In this document: positions 28,550 to 37,633 of the stretch, in pieces
Layout: the number at the start of each line of letters is the position of its first letter
How positions within the stretch are numbered: position 1 is the first letter of the stretch
Assembly: GCA_963667625.1 (NCBI GenBank)
Contig: OY763921.1
Location: 325,778-389,777, forward strand
Source of the DNA: Thermodesulfobacteriota bacterium
Lineage (GTDB): Bacteria; Desulfobacterota_D; UBA1144; Nemesobacterales; Nemesobacteraceae
Reading direction: 5' to 3'
DNA length: 64,000 nt
Translations under genes and position numbers: made by a program
The notes under the pieces: generated by a model
The model's input: the letters and a program-made list of their open reading frames with translations, nothing else
Database searches by the model: none
What the model was told of the DNA's origin: nothing

Positions 28550-29113
28550 ATGAAGAGTCAGGCCGTCCATGTGAGAAACTACTCCTTCGGACCTCAGGAC
28601 AAGCTGTTTTTCGATGCCAATATCTGGATGTTTCTCTACGGCCCGCAGGGGCAAAACAATCTTCCTGGTAACAGGATGTCAGTTTATTCTTCCGCATTTA
28701 GCCGTATCCTTAAGGCGCAAAGCCGTATTTATATTGATGTTCTTATAGTTTCGGAATTTATTAATACCTACGCGCGACGGAAATGGGAGATATTTAAGGC
28801 AACTGATCGTTCTGGCAGAGGCAGCGAAAGCTTCAAGAATTTTCGCAACAGTTCTGATTTCAACCCCGTTGCCAAGGAAATCGCCGACAAGACTAGGCGG
28901 ATTCTGAAACATTGTCGCAAGATTGAAAGTGGCTTTGAAATATTGGAGATGGACAGCTTGATTAAAAGGTATGAAAACGGAGGCACGGATTTCAACGACC
29001 AGGTTTTCATGCAACTGTGCAAAAATAGAGAATTCAAACTTGTAACGGATGACCGTGATTTCAAAAATCAGGGAATATCCATACTGACGGCCAATGGTCG
29101 TTTGCTGAGATAG
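28550..29113 (+). CDS. PIN-like nuclease-domain protein
   Basis: 188 aa from ATG 28550, translationally coupled to the upstream gene. Acidic residues sit at PIN-like positions: LFFDANIWMFLY (strand 1 Asp), IYIDVLIVSEF, TDFNDQVF, and C-terminal LVTDDRDF. Confidence 0.5.
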   Translation: MKSQAVHVRNYSFGPQDKLFFDANIWMFLYGPQGQNNLPGNRMSVYSSAFSRILKAQSRIYIDVLIVSEFINTYARRKWEIFKATDRSGRGSESFKNFRNSSDFNPVAKEIADKTRRILKHCRKIESGFEILEMDSLIKRYENGGTDFNDQVFMQLCKNREFKLVTDDRDFKNQGISILTANGRLLR

Positions 29114-29240
29114 CCTTCGTGTCATCAAATGCTGAATTTAATGAATCGCAATTGCCACAGGCGTCGAGACTCCGGGGGACGGGTTCCATCAGGACTGCCG
29201 ACGTTTTTAACGGCATTATAACGGTTTTGGAGGTATCGGC

Positions 29241-30113
29241 ATGAAATTCTATCTGCCGGAAATCAGGAATGACTTTGAAGGCTTTGCGGCCCTGACCCAA
29301 CTCTATTCTCAGACCAGGAATTGTCTTTTTGAGAATATCGAAATCGACATGCGGGCAACAAGCTGGTTCGATGCCGACATGTGTTCGGTATTCGGGGCGA
29401 TTCTCTATAGCTTGAGGAGCAACCTGAATAATGTCACCTTGACCAACATAACCCCAGGCGTGAAACAAATTCTATCGAAAAACAGTTTTCTTGTTCATTA
29501 CGGACAGGCGTTGAATATTGCTGACCACTGGGGAACAACCATTTTCTACAAACGGTTCAATATCGGCGAAAGGCGCTATTTTTCTGATTATATAGATAAT
29601 GAATTCATTAATCGTGAAGAGATACCGCAGATGTCCCACGCTCTTCTTAAAAAATTCAGGGAGAGCCTTTTCGAGATATTCGACAATTCCATGATCCATT
29701 CTAGAACGGAATTGGGGGTTTTCAGCTGCGGACAATTTTTTCCTAATCGAAACAGACTTGACTTTATTGTTGTCGATTTGGGCGTCGGCATTCGAAAAAA
29801 AGTATGCGACCATCTGGAGTTTGATATTTCGCCGGAACAAGCCATTGAATGGGCCACTCAGGAAACAAACACAACCAAGAGAGGTACTCCCGGCGGGCTA
29901 GGATTAAAACTCCTTTCCAACTTCATTGACTTAAACAGCGGTCGCATACAGATCGTTTCTGACGCGGGATACTGGTGTCGAAAGAATCGGAACACCATTA
30001 CTAGACGGCTGGACCACCCGCTTCCCGGTACCGCGGTAAGCCTAGAGATAAACACCGCAGATACCAATTCCTACCGACTTTCCCACGAAACTAGTCTCGA
30101 CGATATTTTCTAA
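29241..30113 (+). CDS. STAS-like N-domain fused to GHKL (histidine-kinase/anti-sigma-factor-like) ATPase
   Basis: RBS GGAGG at 29229-29233. C-terminal HATPase_c boxes: N-box EIFDNSMIHS, G1 DLGVGI, G2 GTPGGLGLKLLSNF. The N-terminal ~140 aa (IDMRATSWFDADMCSVFGAILYSL ... VTLTNITPGVKQILSKNSFL) has a STAS/SpoIIAA-like pattern. Confidence 0.6.
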   Translation: MKFYLPEIRNDFEGFAALTQLYSQTRNCLFENIEIDMRATSWFDADMCSVFGAILYSLRSNLNNVTLTNITPGVKQILSKNSFLVHYGQALNIADHWGTTIFYKRFNIGERRYFSDYIDNEFINREEIPQMSHALLKKFRESLFEIFDNSMIHSRTELGVFSCGQFFPNRNRLDFIVVDLGVGIRKKVCDHLEFDISPEQAIEWATQETNTTKRGTPGGLGLKLLSNFIDLNSGRIQIVSDAGYWCRKNRNTITRRLDHPLPGTAVSLEINTADTNSYRLSHETSLDDIF

Positions 30114-30402
30114 ACAATTTAGCCGTTGCCTTATTATGCATGCTGCTGAACCAACAGGGTTTTTCGTAAACTTTCGCGCTGTTTCCAAGATCAATTTTCT
30201 AGACTTCACAGGCGTTTGAAGGAAGCGGATGCCAGCTTAACTGATTAACTCAAAAGCCCGATAATTTAATCCCTGCGCTTATATTACAAAATTGATTATT
30301 TTACAATAAGGCGGTTGTTACTTTAACCAAGAACAATGGGAATAAGATAGATTTTCACATACCCTATCTTGTAACGCCCGGTTTCTTGGCGTTCCATATA
30401 TA

Positions 30403-30639
30403 GTGGTTACACTGCTACATATGAAAGGATTTATTTGGGAATTGCTGCTCATTGTTGTACTTGCAGTAATTCCCATGTCTAATGGCTTAAGATTAACATT
30501 GGATTTACTAGGTAATGTTGTGCTTCATAGTACAGAAGCAGAAACACAGGTAGTTTCGGAAACAACAGAGAAACCAATCCCAACTTATTCACTATCCCCA
30601 GACGACTACATAGATTCCCATTCCAAAACAATTAACCTT
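30403..30639 (+). pseudogene. 5' fragment of a small AT-rich ORF interrupted by IS30 insertion (N-terminal TM helix)
   Basis: The ORF runs into the IS left inverted repeat. After excising 30640-31719 and one CTT copy, the frame continues into 31723-31851, giving a reconstructed ORF of about 120 aa. Confidence 0.5.
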
Positions 30640-31719
30640 CGTGCTTTCAAGTTTGAAACGCAACTTTTGATGTAAATTAAAAGGGCAAGTTGCGATAATC
30701 TTCGCAACCCTCTTTTAACGACCAAATCAAAAGGAGCGTTTGAATGAGAAAACCAAAGCAACTTACCCTGGAACAAAGATACCAGATTTACATCCTGCGC
30801 AAAGCAGGGCACAACCAGACCCAGACCGCAAGGCACCTGGGCGTGCACAAATCCACCATAAGCAGGGAACTTCACCGCAACCGCGGCAAACGGGGTTACC
30901 GTCCCAAGCAGGCTCAGAGGCTTGCGGAGGGCAGGCGCAATTGTTGTGGAAACCGTATCCCCCAACAAACCTGGATTCGCGTGGAGCTGCTGCTCGGAGA
31001 AGACTGGAGTCCCCAGCAGATAAGCTGCTGGCTTGCCCGAAACGAAGGACTCAGCGTAAGCCACCAGAGCATCTACAATCACGTAAGGGAAGACAAGATT
31101 AATGGAGGAGATCTCCACACGCACCTTCGCTGCCGCAAGAAGCGCAGAAAGCGCTACGGAGCGCCCTCGCGCAGGGGACATATAAAAAACCGTGTCTGTA
31201 TAGACCAGCGCCCCGAAGTGGTGGATAAGCGTGTGCGCTTAGGAGACTGGGAAGCCGACACTGTGCTTGGCTCAAGAAAAAAAGGCAAGGTGCTCGTAAC
31301 CCTCGCCGAGCGCAAGTCCCGCTATTGCATGATTCTGGTCTCTGAGGACAAAAAAGCTTCCTCCGTCTCCCGGGCCATACTCGAGGCGGCGACACCCATG
31401 CGCAAGCGCTTCGAGACTGTGACGTGCGATAACGGAAAGGAGTTCGCGTTGCATGAGGAACTATCAAGCGAGCTCTCGGCGCGGTGGTACTTCGCCCATC
31501 CTTACCACTCGTGGGAGCGGGGGTCCTGTGAAAACGCAAACGGACTTATAAGGCAGTACTTCCCAAAGGGAATGGACTTCGGGAAACTGACGCAGGAAGA
31601 TGTAGACAGAGTTATGGACAAATTGAACAACAGACCGAGGCAATGCCTTGGCTTCAAAACCCCGAATCAGGTACTCTTCGGTGCTGATCCACCTGTTGCG
31701 TTTCAAACTTGAAAGCACG
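30640..31719 (+). mobile_element. IS30-family insertion sequence (1080 bp) with perfect 25-bp terminal inverted repeats and 3-bp CTT target-site duplication
   Basis: IRL CGTGCTTTCAAGTTTGAAACGCAAC at 30640-30664 and IRR GTTGCGTTTCAAACTTGAAAGCACG at 31695-31719 are exact reverse complements. CTT flanks both ends (30637-30639 and 31720-31722). A single transposase ORF lies inside, and the IRR overlaps its stop. Confidence 0.85.
30744..31712 (+). CDS. IS30-family DDE transposase
   Basis: 322 aa with an N-terminal HTH (LTLEQRYQIYILRKAGHNQTQTARHLGVHKSTISRELHRNRG) and DDE core (DWEADTV, CDNGKEF, then a third acidic residue) typical of IS30-family transposases. AAGGAG RBS upstream. Confidence 0.85.
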   Translation: MRKPKQLTLEQRYQIYILRKAGHNQTQTARHLGVHKSTISRELHRNRGKRGYRPKQAQRLAEGRRNCCGNRIPQQTWIRVELLLGEDWSPQQISCWLARNEGLSVSHQSIYNHVREDKINGGDLHTHLRCRKKRRKRYGAPSRRGHIKNRVCIDQRPEVVDKRVRLGDWEADTVLGSRKKGKVLVTLAERKSRYCMILVSEDKKASSVSRAILEAATPMRKRFETVTCDNGKEFALHEELSSELSARWYFAHPYHSWERGSCENANGLIRQYFPKGMDFGKLTQEDVDRVMDKLNNRPRQCLGFKTPNQVLFGADPPVAFQT

Positions 31720-31851
31720 CTTAATAGAGAACTGCTGGATATCGAGTTTGATGAAATGCTTAGACTATATGAACCATACGCTAAAAGAGAACGTGAGGCT
31801 TTTCTCAGAATAGCGGTATTTCCCGATAACATAACTCCCTACAATTATTAG
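31720..31851 (+). pseudogene. 3' fragment of the IS30-interrupted small ORF
   Basis: In-frame continuation (NRELLDIEFDEMLRLYEPYAKREREAFLRIAVFPDNITPYNY*) of the 30403-30639 fragment once the IS is removed. Confidence 0.45.
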
Positions 31852-31888
31852 ACTTTATTAGCTTCAATATATAGTTCCCCAAGCAAAG

Positions 31889-32932
31889 TTATGGATAAAG
31901 CGGGATGGAGTCAAGTCCCAGGCTCTCAGGAAGGTCAAGCATGATGTTCATGTTCTGTATTGCCTGGCCGGAGGCTCCCTTTACCAAGTTATCTATGGCG
32001 CAGACAATTACCGCGGTTTTTTTCTCCGGGTTTGCCCTTACGCCTATGTCGCAGAAATTTGAACCCCTGACGCAGGAAGTGTTCGGGAAAGTTCCCTCGG
32101 GAAGAATCCTCACGAAGGGAGAGTTCTTGTAGAATTGCCCTAGAGCGTCCAGCAGGTCCTGGGTCTTCCGGCTGCCCGAGAGGCTTACGTATATTGTCGA
32201 GAGGATGCCCCTGTTTATCGGTATAAGATGCGGAGTGAAAGCGACTTCCACCTTGCTGCCTAGAAAATCCGAAAGTCCCTGCTCTATTTCAGGGGCATGG
32301 CGGTGTTCGCCTACTTTGTAGGCTTTCATTCCTTCGGAGACTTCGCAGAAATGGAGGTCAAGCGAAGGGTTCCTTCCGGCTCCCGAAGCCCCGGATTTCG
32401 AATCGATAATGATCCCTTCTGTCTCCACCATGCCGTTTTCGAGAAGCGGCGCGAGCGGAAGGATTGAAGAGGTGGGATAGCACCCCGGGTTTGCCACCAG
32501 TTTTGTTTCCGATATCCGTTCCGCATGCAGTTCAGGGATTCCGTAGACGGCGTTTTCGAGAAGATGGGCGCACGGATGATCCCCGTACCAGTCCCTGTAG
32601 GTGCCTTCCCTGAGACGGAAATCCGCCCCGAGATCAATTATCCTTACGTCCCTTCCATAAATTTCTTCTATGAGTTCGGCCGATGCCCCGTGCGGAAGCG
32701 CGGCGAATACCACGTCGGTATCATCCGGGATGAGCGAGGGGTCTGAACTGCTGAGCTCGAGATCGGTTATCTCTCCAAGGTGCGGAAACACCTCGGCCAG
32801 AGCACGACCTGCATTCCTCGATGCTGTTAAATGCGAAATACTAGCCCGGGGATGTCCCCTAAGGAGCCTTATGAGTTCCGCTCCCGTATAGCCGCTTGCT
32901 CCCAGAATACATACGTTAAGCTTTTCCATCAC
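31889..32932 (-). CDS. argC: N-acetyl-gamma-glutamyl-phosphate reductase
   Basis: N-terminal Rossmann segment VCILGASGYTGAELIRLL, a Cys active-site region, and 347 aa length. Confidence 0.9.
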   Translation of the reverse strand: MMEKLNVCILGASGYTGAELIRLLRGHPRASISHLTASRNAGRALAEVFPHLGEITDLELSSSDPSLIPDDTDVVFAALPHGASAELIEEIYGRDVRIIDLGADFRLREGTYRDWYGDHPCAHLLENAVYGIPELHAERISETKLVANPGCYPTSSILPLAPLLENGMVETEGIIIDSKSGASGAGRNPSLDLHFCEVSEGMKAYKVGEHRHAPEIEQGLSDFLGSKVEVAFTPHLIPINRGILSTIYVSLSGSRKTQDLLDALGQFYKNSPFVRILPEGTFPNTSCVRGSNFCDIGVRANPEKKTAVIVCAIDNLVKGASGQAIQNMNIMLDLPESLGLDSIPLYP

Positions 32933-33280
32933 CGTGAAACGATACTACGGGAATCGGAAAAACTCAATCCGACCCCGGCAATTCAGAGATTTGTTCCGGG
33001 AATGACATAAGCAACCTTAAATTCTCGGTATCCGTTCCGGAATTTCCGAGGTTTCTTCGAAGAATTATGAGGCGTTTTATTATCCGGTACAATTACCAGA
33101 GGCGTTTTGAGGCTGTGGTTAACCGCAGGACGGGTGGAAACTCCGTTTAACAAGGCAAGACACGGTTTCAAATCCGCAGGAGGAACCCCTGCCGATACCG
33201 AAAAGACATACCGCTTGATCGGGCTCCCCCCACTCGGGATCATAATCGAGCGCACACTAAGCATTGTCGACTGATTCTCT

Positions 33281-36200
33281 ATGCATGTCGCCGATTTTTC
33301 AGTAAGAAATTCCTTTTTCGTGAACCTGCTGATGGGAGCCATAATACTTATAGGGCTTCTGTTTTCATTCTCTCTTCCCCTTGAACTGTTCCCGTCGGTA
33401 AAACTCGAAATGGTGACGGTCACCACGTCTTTTCCGGGTTCTTCCGCCGAAGACGTTGAGAATCTTGTAAGCGTTCCAATTGAGCAGCAGATAAAGAACG
33501 TCTCCGGCGTCAAGATCGTAAAATCCGTTTCTTCCGAAGGGTTCTCACGGGTTACGGCTGAGGTTTATCCAGGTGAAGACACCAGAAGGATTGCCTGGGA
33601 GATTGATTCCAAGATCAACCTGATAGTAGACGATCTTCCAGAGGATGCCGAAGAACCCGTAACAGAAGAGCAAAAGGCGAGTTTTCCGCTGGTGAGCGTT
33701 TCGGTCTCAGGGGATATGCCAAGAGATATTCTCTATAGTAGCGCCAGAAGACTGCGGGATGAGCTTGCTCTTTTGGACGGTATTGACAACGTGACTTCCG
33801 TCGGACTGCCTGACCCGGCAATATGGGTGTATCTGGACTACCCGAAGATGGTGCAGTTTGGACTGGGGATTGGGGAGATTTCAGATGCCATCAACGCAAG
33901 AAATCTTGATATTCCCGGGGCGAATTTTACTCGGAACAGTGCTGACTTTCTGCTTAGAACCGAGGGAAAGATAAGATCTGTGGAAGATCTTCTCGATATT
34001 CCGGTTGCTAGGAGCATTGAGGGTAAACATGTCCTACTCCGCGATGTGGCGACGGTCACTCTCGGGGAACAGCGAGAGGACCTGAGATCGAGGATAAACG
34101 GTCGTCCTGCGATTACTTTCTGGGTGGAGAAGCAGAAAAACGTTGATATCCTCGATACCGTCGACCACATAAAGCAGCTTACCGAAAAATACAAAAGCAA
34201 GCTTCCCGAAGATGTGGAGATAACCCTGGCGTTTGACAGGTCACACTGGGTGAAAAGTCGTCTTCGGACCATGCTTAAAAGCGGGGGTCTGGGGTTTGTT
34301 CTGGTAGTAATCCTTCTCACTCTTTTTCTTGATCGCAAGGCAGCCTTCATAGCCGCCCTGGGGATTCCTGTTTCATTTCTTGGGGCTGCGATATTAATGA
34401 AGATGACCGGCACGACGCTGAATGTCCTTTCGATGTTCGGTCTCATAATGATGTTGGGCCTAGTGGTGGATGACGCCATAATCGTTGTTGAGAACGTCCA
34501 GAGGTATATATCAAGGGGAATGAAACCGCTGAGGGCGGCGGTAGTAGGGACAAAAGAGGTTGCTTGGCCAGTGGTTGCGACTGTGCTGACCAATATCGCC
34601 GCGTTTACTCCCCTTCTTCTTGCCACGGGACTGATCGGGCAGTTCCTTTCCATAATTCCCAAGGTTGCGATCTTCGCTCTTTGCTTCTCCCTTTTCGAAG
34701 CCCTGGTGATCATGCCATCTCACTGCGCCAGCTGGCTTCCGGCCAACGGCAGAACGAGACCTCCTCGTGGAAACGCGGCGCTTCTGCGCGTAAGAGGCCT
34801 GTATCTGCGGGGACTTCTGTTTGCGCTTAGAAACCGCTATGCGGTAATAGGGTGTTTCACGGTTATTTTTGCCGTTTCGGTCTTTATCTTTGTCCGGATT
34901 CCCAACGTGATGTTCTACCTTCATGATATCGAGGAGGTAATGGTGAGGGTTGAGAATCCCCCCTCATCCAGTCTGGAGAATACAGTTGCTTCCGTAGCCC
35001 AGGTGGAGGAAGCGGTGCGTCACAGCGTTCCCCCTCATGTTCTGAGGAACACTTTATCCATGGTTGGCATCGATATGTCTGATCCTGACACTCTGTTTTC
35101 CACGGGAGACCACCTGGCCACGGTTCTGGTTGAATACGAGGATTACTCTGCCAGGAAAGAAAACGCGGTCAAACTCTCTGAGATTGCGGAAAACAGAGCA
35201 AGGGAAACGGTTACGGGAGCCAAACAGGTTGATTTCCTCAAGACGACGGGTCCTCCTACCGGGAAAGCGGTGGACGTCAAAATAATCGGAGATGACATAC
35301 CGGTGCTGATGGAAATAGCTTCCCGGGTCCGGGAGTTTTTGAGTAGTCAGCCGGGGGTGAGTGCTGCGACTAGTAATCTTGTTTACGGAAAGCCCGAGGC
35401 GAGAGTTGAGATAGACGAAAGAAAAGCCGGGGTGTTCGGTATTGACAAGTGGAGTGTGTCGCGGGAAATCAAGGCCCTTGGAGACGGTCTCACAGTTGCG
35501 AAGACCAGAGTGGGTGAGGAAGAGGCCGAGATAAATCTGCGATACGGAAGGGGGGATTCCAGTGTTTTCTCGGTGAAATCGCACCAGATCCCGACTCCTC
35601 TCGGGGAGCGGGTTCCTATCGGCACTGTGGCGGAGATAACGGACTCCAAGACACCGCTTGAGATAAGAAGGGAGAAACTTCGAAGAACAGTCACCGTAAC
35701 AGCCGAAGTCGATGCCCACACGACCACTTCAAGAGAGGTAAACGCAAACCTTTCGCGTCACCTCGGCAGTCTTCTGGAGAGCTACCCGGGCTACTCGTTT
35801 CGGTTCGCGGGGGAGGAGGAGCAATATACTCAGGCTATAAGCGACATAAAAAAGGCGTCGCTTTTGGCTTTACTTCTTATTTATCTCATTCTCGCAAGCA
35901 TACTGCGCTCCGTCTTTCAGCCCTTTATAATAATGAGTGTCCTGCCTTTTTGTGTTACGGGAGTGATCGTAGCGATTCTGCTGCGCGGCGAACCCATGAC
36001 GCTTCCCGCCATAATAGGAATGGTCGCGCTTCTGGGAATAGTGGTGAACGACAGTTTGCTGCTGATGAATTTCATCAACCGAAGGGCGAAAAAGATGCCG
36101 AGCAAGGTAATAGCGGTAGTATTTTCCGCCAGGTATCGTTTCCGCCCGATTGTTCTCACCACGCTTACGACTTTCTTGGGGCTTTTCTCCCTGATGTTCG

Positions 36201-36397
36201 CCTATAAGGGTCAGGCGGGTATTCTCGCCCCGATGGCGGCTTCCCTGGGATTCGGACTTGTTTTTTCGACCTTCGTCATACTTTACCTCGTACCCTGTCT
36301 TTATCTGGTTCTTGACGATATTACCAAGCGGTTGCGGTATTTCACCCATCTGAGAACATTGGGGCCGGGTGGAAGAAATTCCCTGCAAATTAGTTAA
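33281..36397 (+). CDS. RND-superfamily efflux permease (AcrB/HAE1-like)
   Basis: 1038 aa with 12-TM RND topology. The N-terminus FSVRNSFFVNLLMGAIILIGLL is AcrB-like, and there are two large periplasmic loops. No adjacent adaptor or outer-membrane factor gene. Confidence 0.85.
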   Translation: MHVADFSVRNSFFVNLLMGAIILIGLLFSFSLPLELFPSVKLEMVTVTTSFPGSSAEDVENLVSVPIEQQIKNVSGVKIVKSVSSEGFSRVTAEVYPGEDTRRIAWEIDSKINLIVDDLPEDAEEPVTEEQKASFPLVSVSVSGDMPRDILYSSARRLRDELALLDGIDNVTSVGLPDPAIWVYLDYPKMVQFGLGIGEISDAINARNLDIPGANFTRNSADFLLRTEGKIRSVEDLLDIPVARSIEGKHVLLRDVATVTLGEQREDLRSRINGRPAITFWVEKQKNVDILDTVDHIKQLTEKYKSKLPEDVEITLAFDRSHWVKSRLRTMLKSGGLGFVLVVILLTLFLDRKAAFIAALGIPVSFLGAAILMKMTGTTLNVLSMFGLIMMLGLVVDDAIIVVENVQRYISRGMKPLRAAVVGTKEVAWPVVATVLTNIAAFTPLLLATGLIGQFLSIIPKVAIFALCFSLFEALVIMPSHCASWLPANGRTRPPRGNAALLRVRGLYLRGLLFALRNRYAVIGCFTVIFAVSVFIFVRIPNVMFYLHDIEEVMVRVENPPSSSLENTVASVAQVEEAVRHSVPPHVLRNTLSMVGIDMSDPDTLFSTGDHLATVLVEYEDYSARKENAVKLSEIAENRARETVTGAKQVDFLKTTGPPTGKAVDVKIIGDDIPVLMEIASRVREFLSSQPGVSAATSNLVYGKPEARVEIDERKAGVFGIDKWSVSREIKALGDGLTVAKTRVGEEEAEINLRYGRGDSSVFSVKSHQIPTPLGERVPIGTVAEITDSKTPLEIRREKLRRTVTVTAEVDAHTTTSREVNANLSRHLGSLLESYPGYSFRFAGEEEQYTQAISDIKKASLLALLLIYLILASILRSVFQPFIIMSVLPFCVTGVIVAILLRGEPMTLPAIIGMVALLGIVVNDSLLLMNFINRRAKKMPSKVIAVVFSARYRFRPIVLTTLTTFLGLFSLMFAYKGQAGILAPMAASLGFGLVFSTFVILYLVPCLYLVLDDITKRLRYFTHLRTLGPGGRNSLQIS

Positions 36398-36560
36398 TGA
36401 CTAAGTACCCGGTACAATTATAAAAACTGCTTCTGGGGGCTTGGCGACTGGAGGTCGGGTGGAAAAAGTCGATTAAGAACTTTTATGCTTGGTATTTATC
36501 CGCTAGGGTGGTTCACTCACGCAACGAAATACGGTATTTTTTCTCAAATTGCTTTCTCTA

Positions 36561-36589
36561 TTGACTAACAGCAGGCAAGTGTATAGTTT
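36561..36589 (+). promoter_or_regulatory. Candidate sigma70-type promoter upstream of gap-pgk
   Basis: TTGACT at 36561-36566, then TATAGT at 36582-36587 or TAGTTT at 36584-36589 (15-17 nt spacer); about 40 nt upstream of the gap RBS. Confidence 0.3.
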
Positions 36590-36625
36590 TTGCGGAGTTC
36601 AAAGTCAAATTTCGGAGGTTTTGAG

Positions 36626-37633
36626 ATGTCTATCAGGGTTGGAATAAACGGTTTCGGGAGAATAGGGAGACACGTACTCAGAATCGGTCTCGGCAGAGAA
36701 GACCTTGAGTTCGTGGGAATAAACGATATTACAGACACCGAAACCCTGGCCCATCTTTTCAAGTACGATTCGGTGTTCGGCCGCTACCCGGGAGAGGTAA
36801 AGTGCGACAGTGAGGGAATAACAGTTGATGGAAAGTTCATAAGGGTGTTCTCGGAGAGAGACCCTGCGAATATTCCGTGGGCCGATACGGGAGCGCAGAT
36901 AGTGGCGGAGGCAAGCGGCATTTTCAGAACCCGCGAGGCCGCCGCGGCGCACATGGGCGAGACCGTGAAGAAGGTAATAATTACCGCGCCGGCAAGCGGC
37001 AAGGTGGATTTCACCACGGTAATGGGCATAAACGATGATGACTACGAACCCGAAGGTCACGACGTGATTTCAAACGCATCCTGCACCACCAACTGCTTCG
37101 GGCTGCTGGTCAAGGTTCTCCACGAAAGTTTCTCGATCAGGCGCGGAGAGATGACCACGATACACTCCTATACGAACGATCAGAGAATACTCGACACTCC
37201 GCATAAGGATAAAAGAAGGGCGAGAGCGGCCGCCCTCTCCATTATCCCCACCAGCACGGGTGCTGCAAATGCCATACAGATTGTCTTTCCCGAACTGAAA
37301 GGAAAACTTTCCGCGGTCGCCGTACGGGTGCCTACTCCCAACGTGTCGCTTGTGGATTTTACCTGCGAGGTGGAAAAAGGAACTTCCGTGGATGAGGTGA
37401 ACGCCAAGTTCAAGGAAGCGGCTGAAGGAACGCTTAGCGGTTACCTCGCTTACGTTGAGGACGAAATTGTTTCTTCCGATCTTGTGGGAGACACCCATTC
37501 CTCCTCTTTTGACTCCATGCTGACTTCGGTGGTGGAGGATAGCCTAGTCAAGGTCGTCGCCTGGTATGACAACGAGTACGGATACACCTCCAGGGTAGTT
37601 GATCTTATAGAACTCGTCGGGAGGGCGCTTTGA
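36626..37633 (+). CDS. gap: Glyceraldehyde-3-phosphate dehydrogenase
   Basis: Start at ATG 36626 behind GGAGG. Motifs MSIRVGINGFGRIGR and the catalytic SCTTNC. Confidence 0.95.
   Translation: MSIRVGINGFGRIGRHVLRIGLGREDLEFVGINDITDTETLAHLFKYDSVFGRYPGEVKCDSEGITVDGKFIRVFSERDPANIPWADTGAQIVAEASGIFRTREAAAAHMGETVKKVIITAPASGKVDFTTVMGINDDDYEPEGHDVISNASCTTNCFGLLVKVLHESFSIRRGEMTTIHSYTNDQRILDTPHKDKRRARAAALSIIPTSTGAANAIQIVFPELKGKLSAVAVRVPTPNVSLVDFTCEVEKGTSVDEVNAKFKEAAEGTLSGYLAYVEDEIVSSDLVGDTHSSSFDSMLTSVVEDSLVKVVAWYDNEYGYTSRVVDLIELVGRAL

Noticed and set aside
33160-33215. tRNA-like GGTTTCAAATCC segment in the RND leader
   Set aside because: No complementary T-stem or acceptor stem could be built around it; not a tRNA.
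32983-33513. 176-aa minus-strand ORF overlapping the start of the RND gene
   Set aside because: Overlaps the RND N-terminus and its leader; no motifs; the RND reading frame is far better supported.
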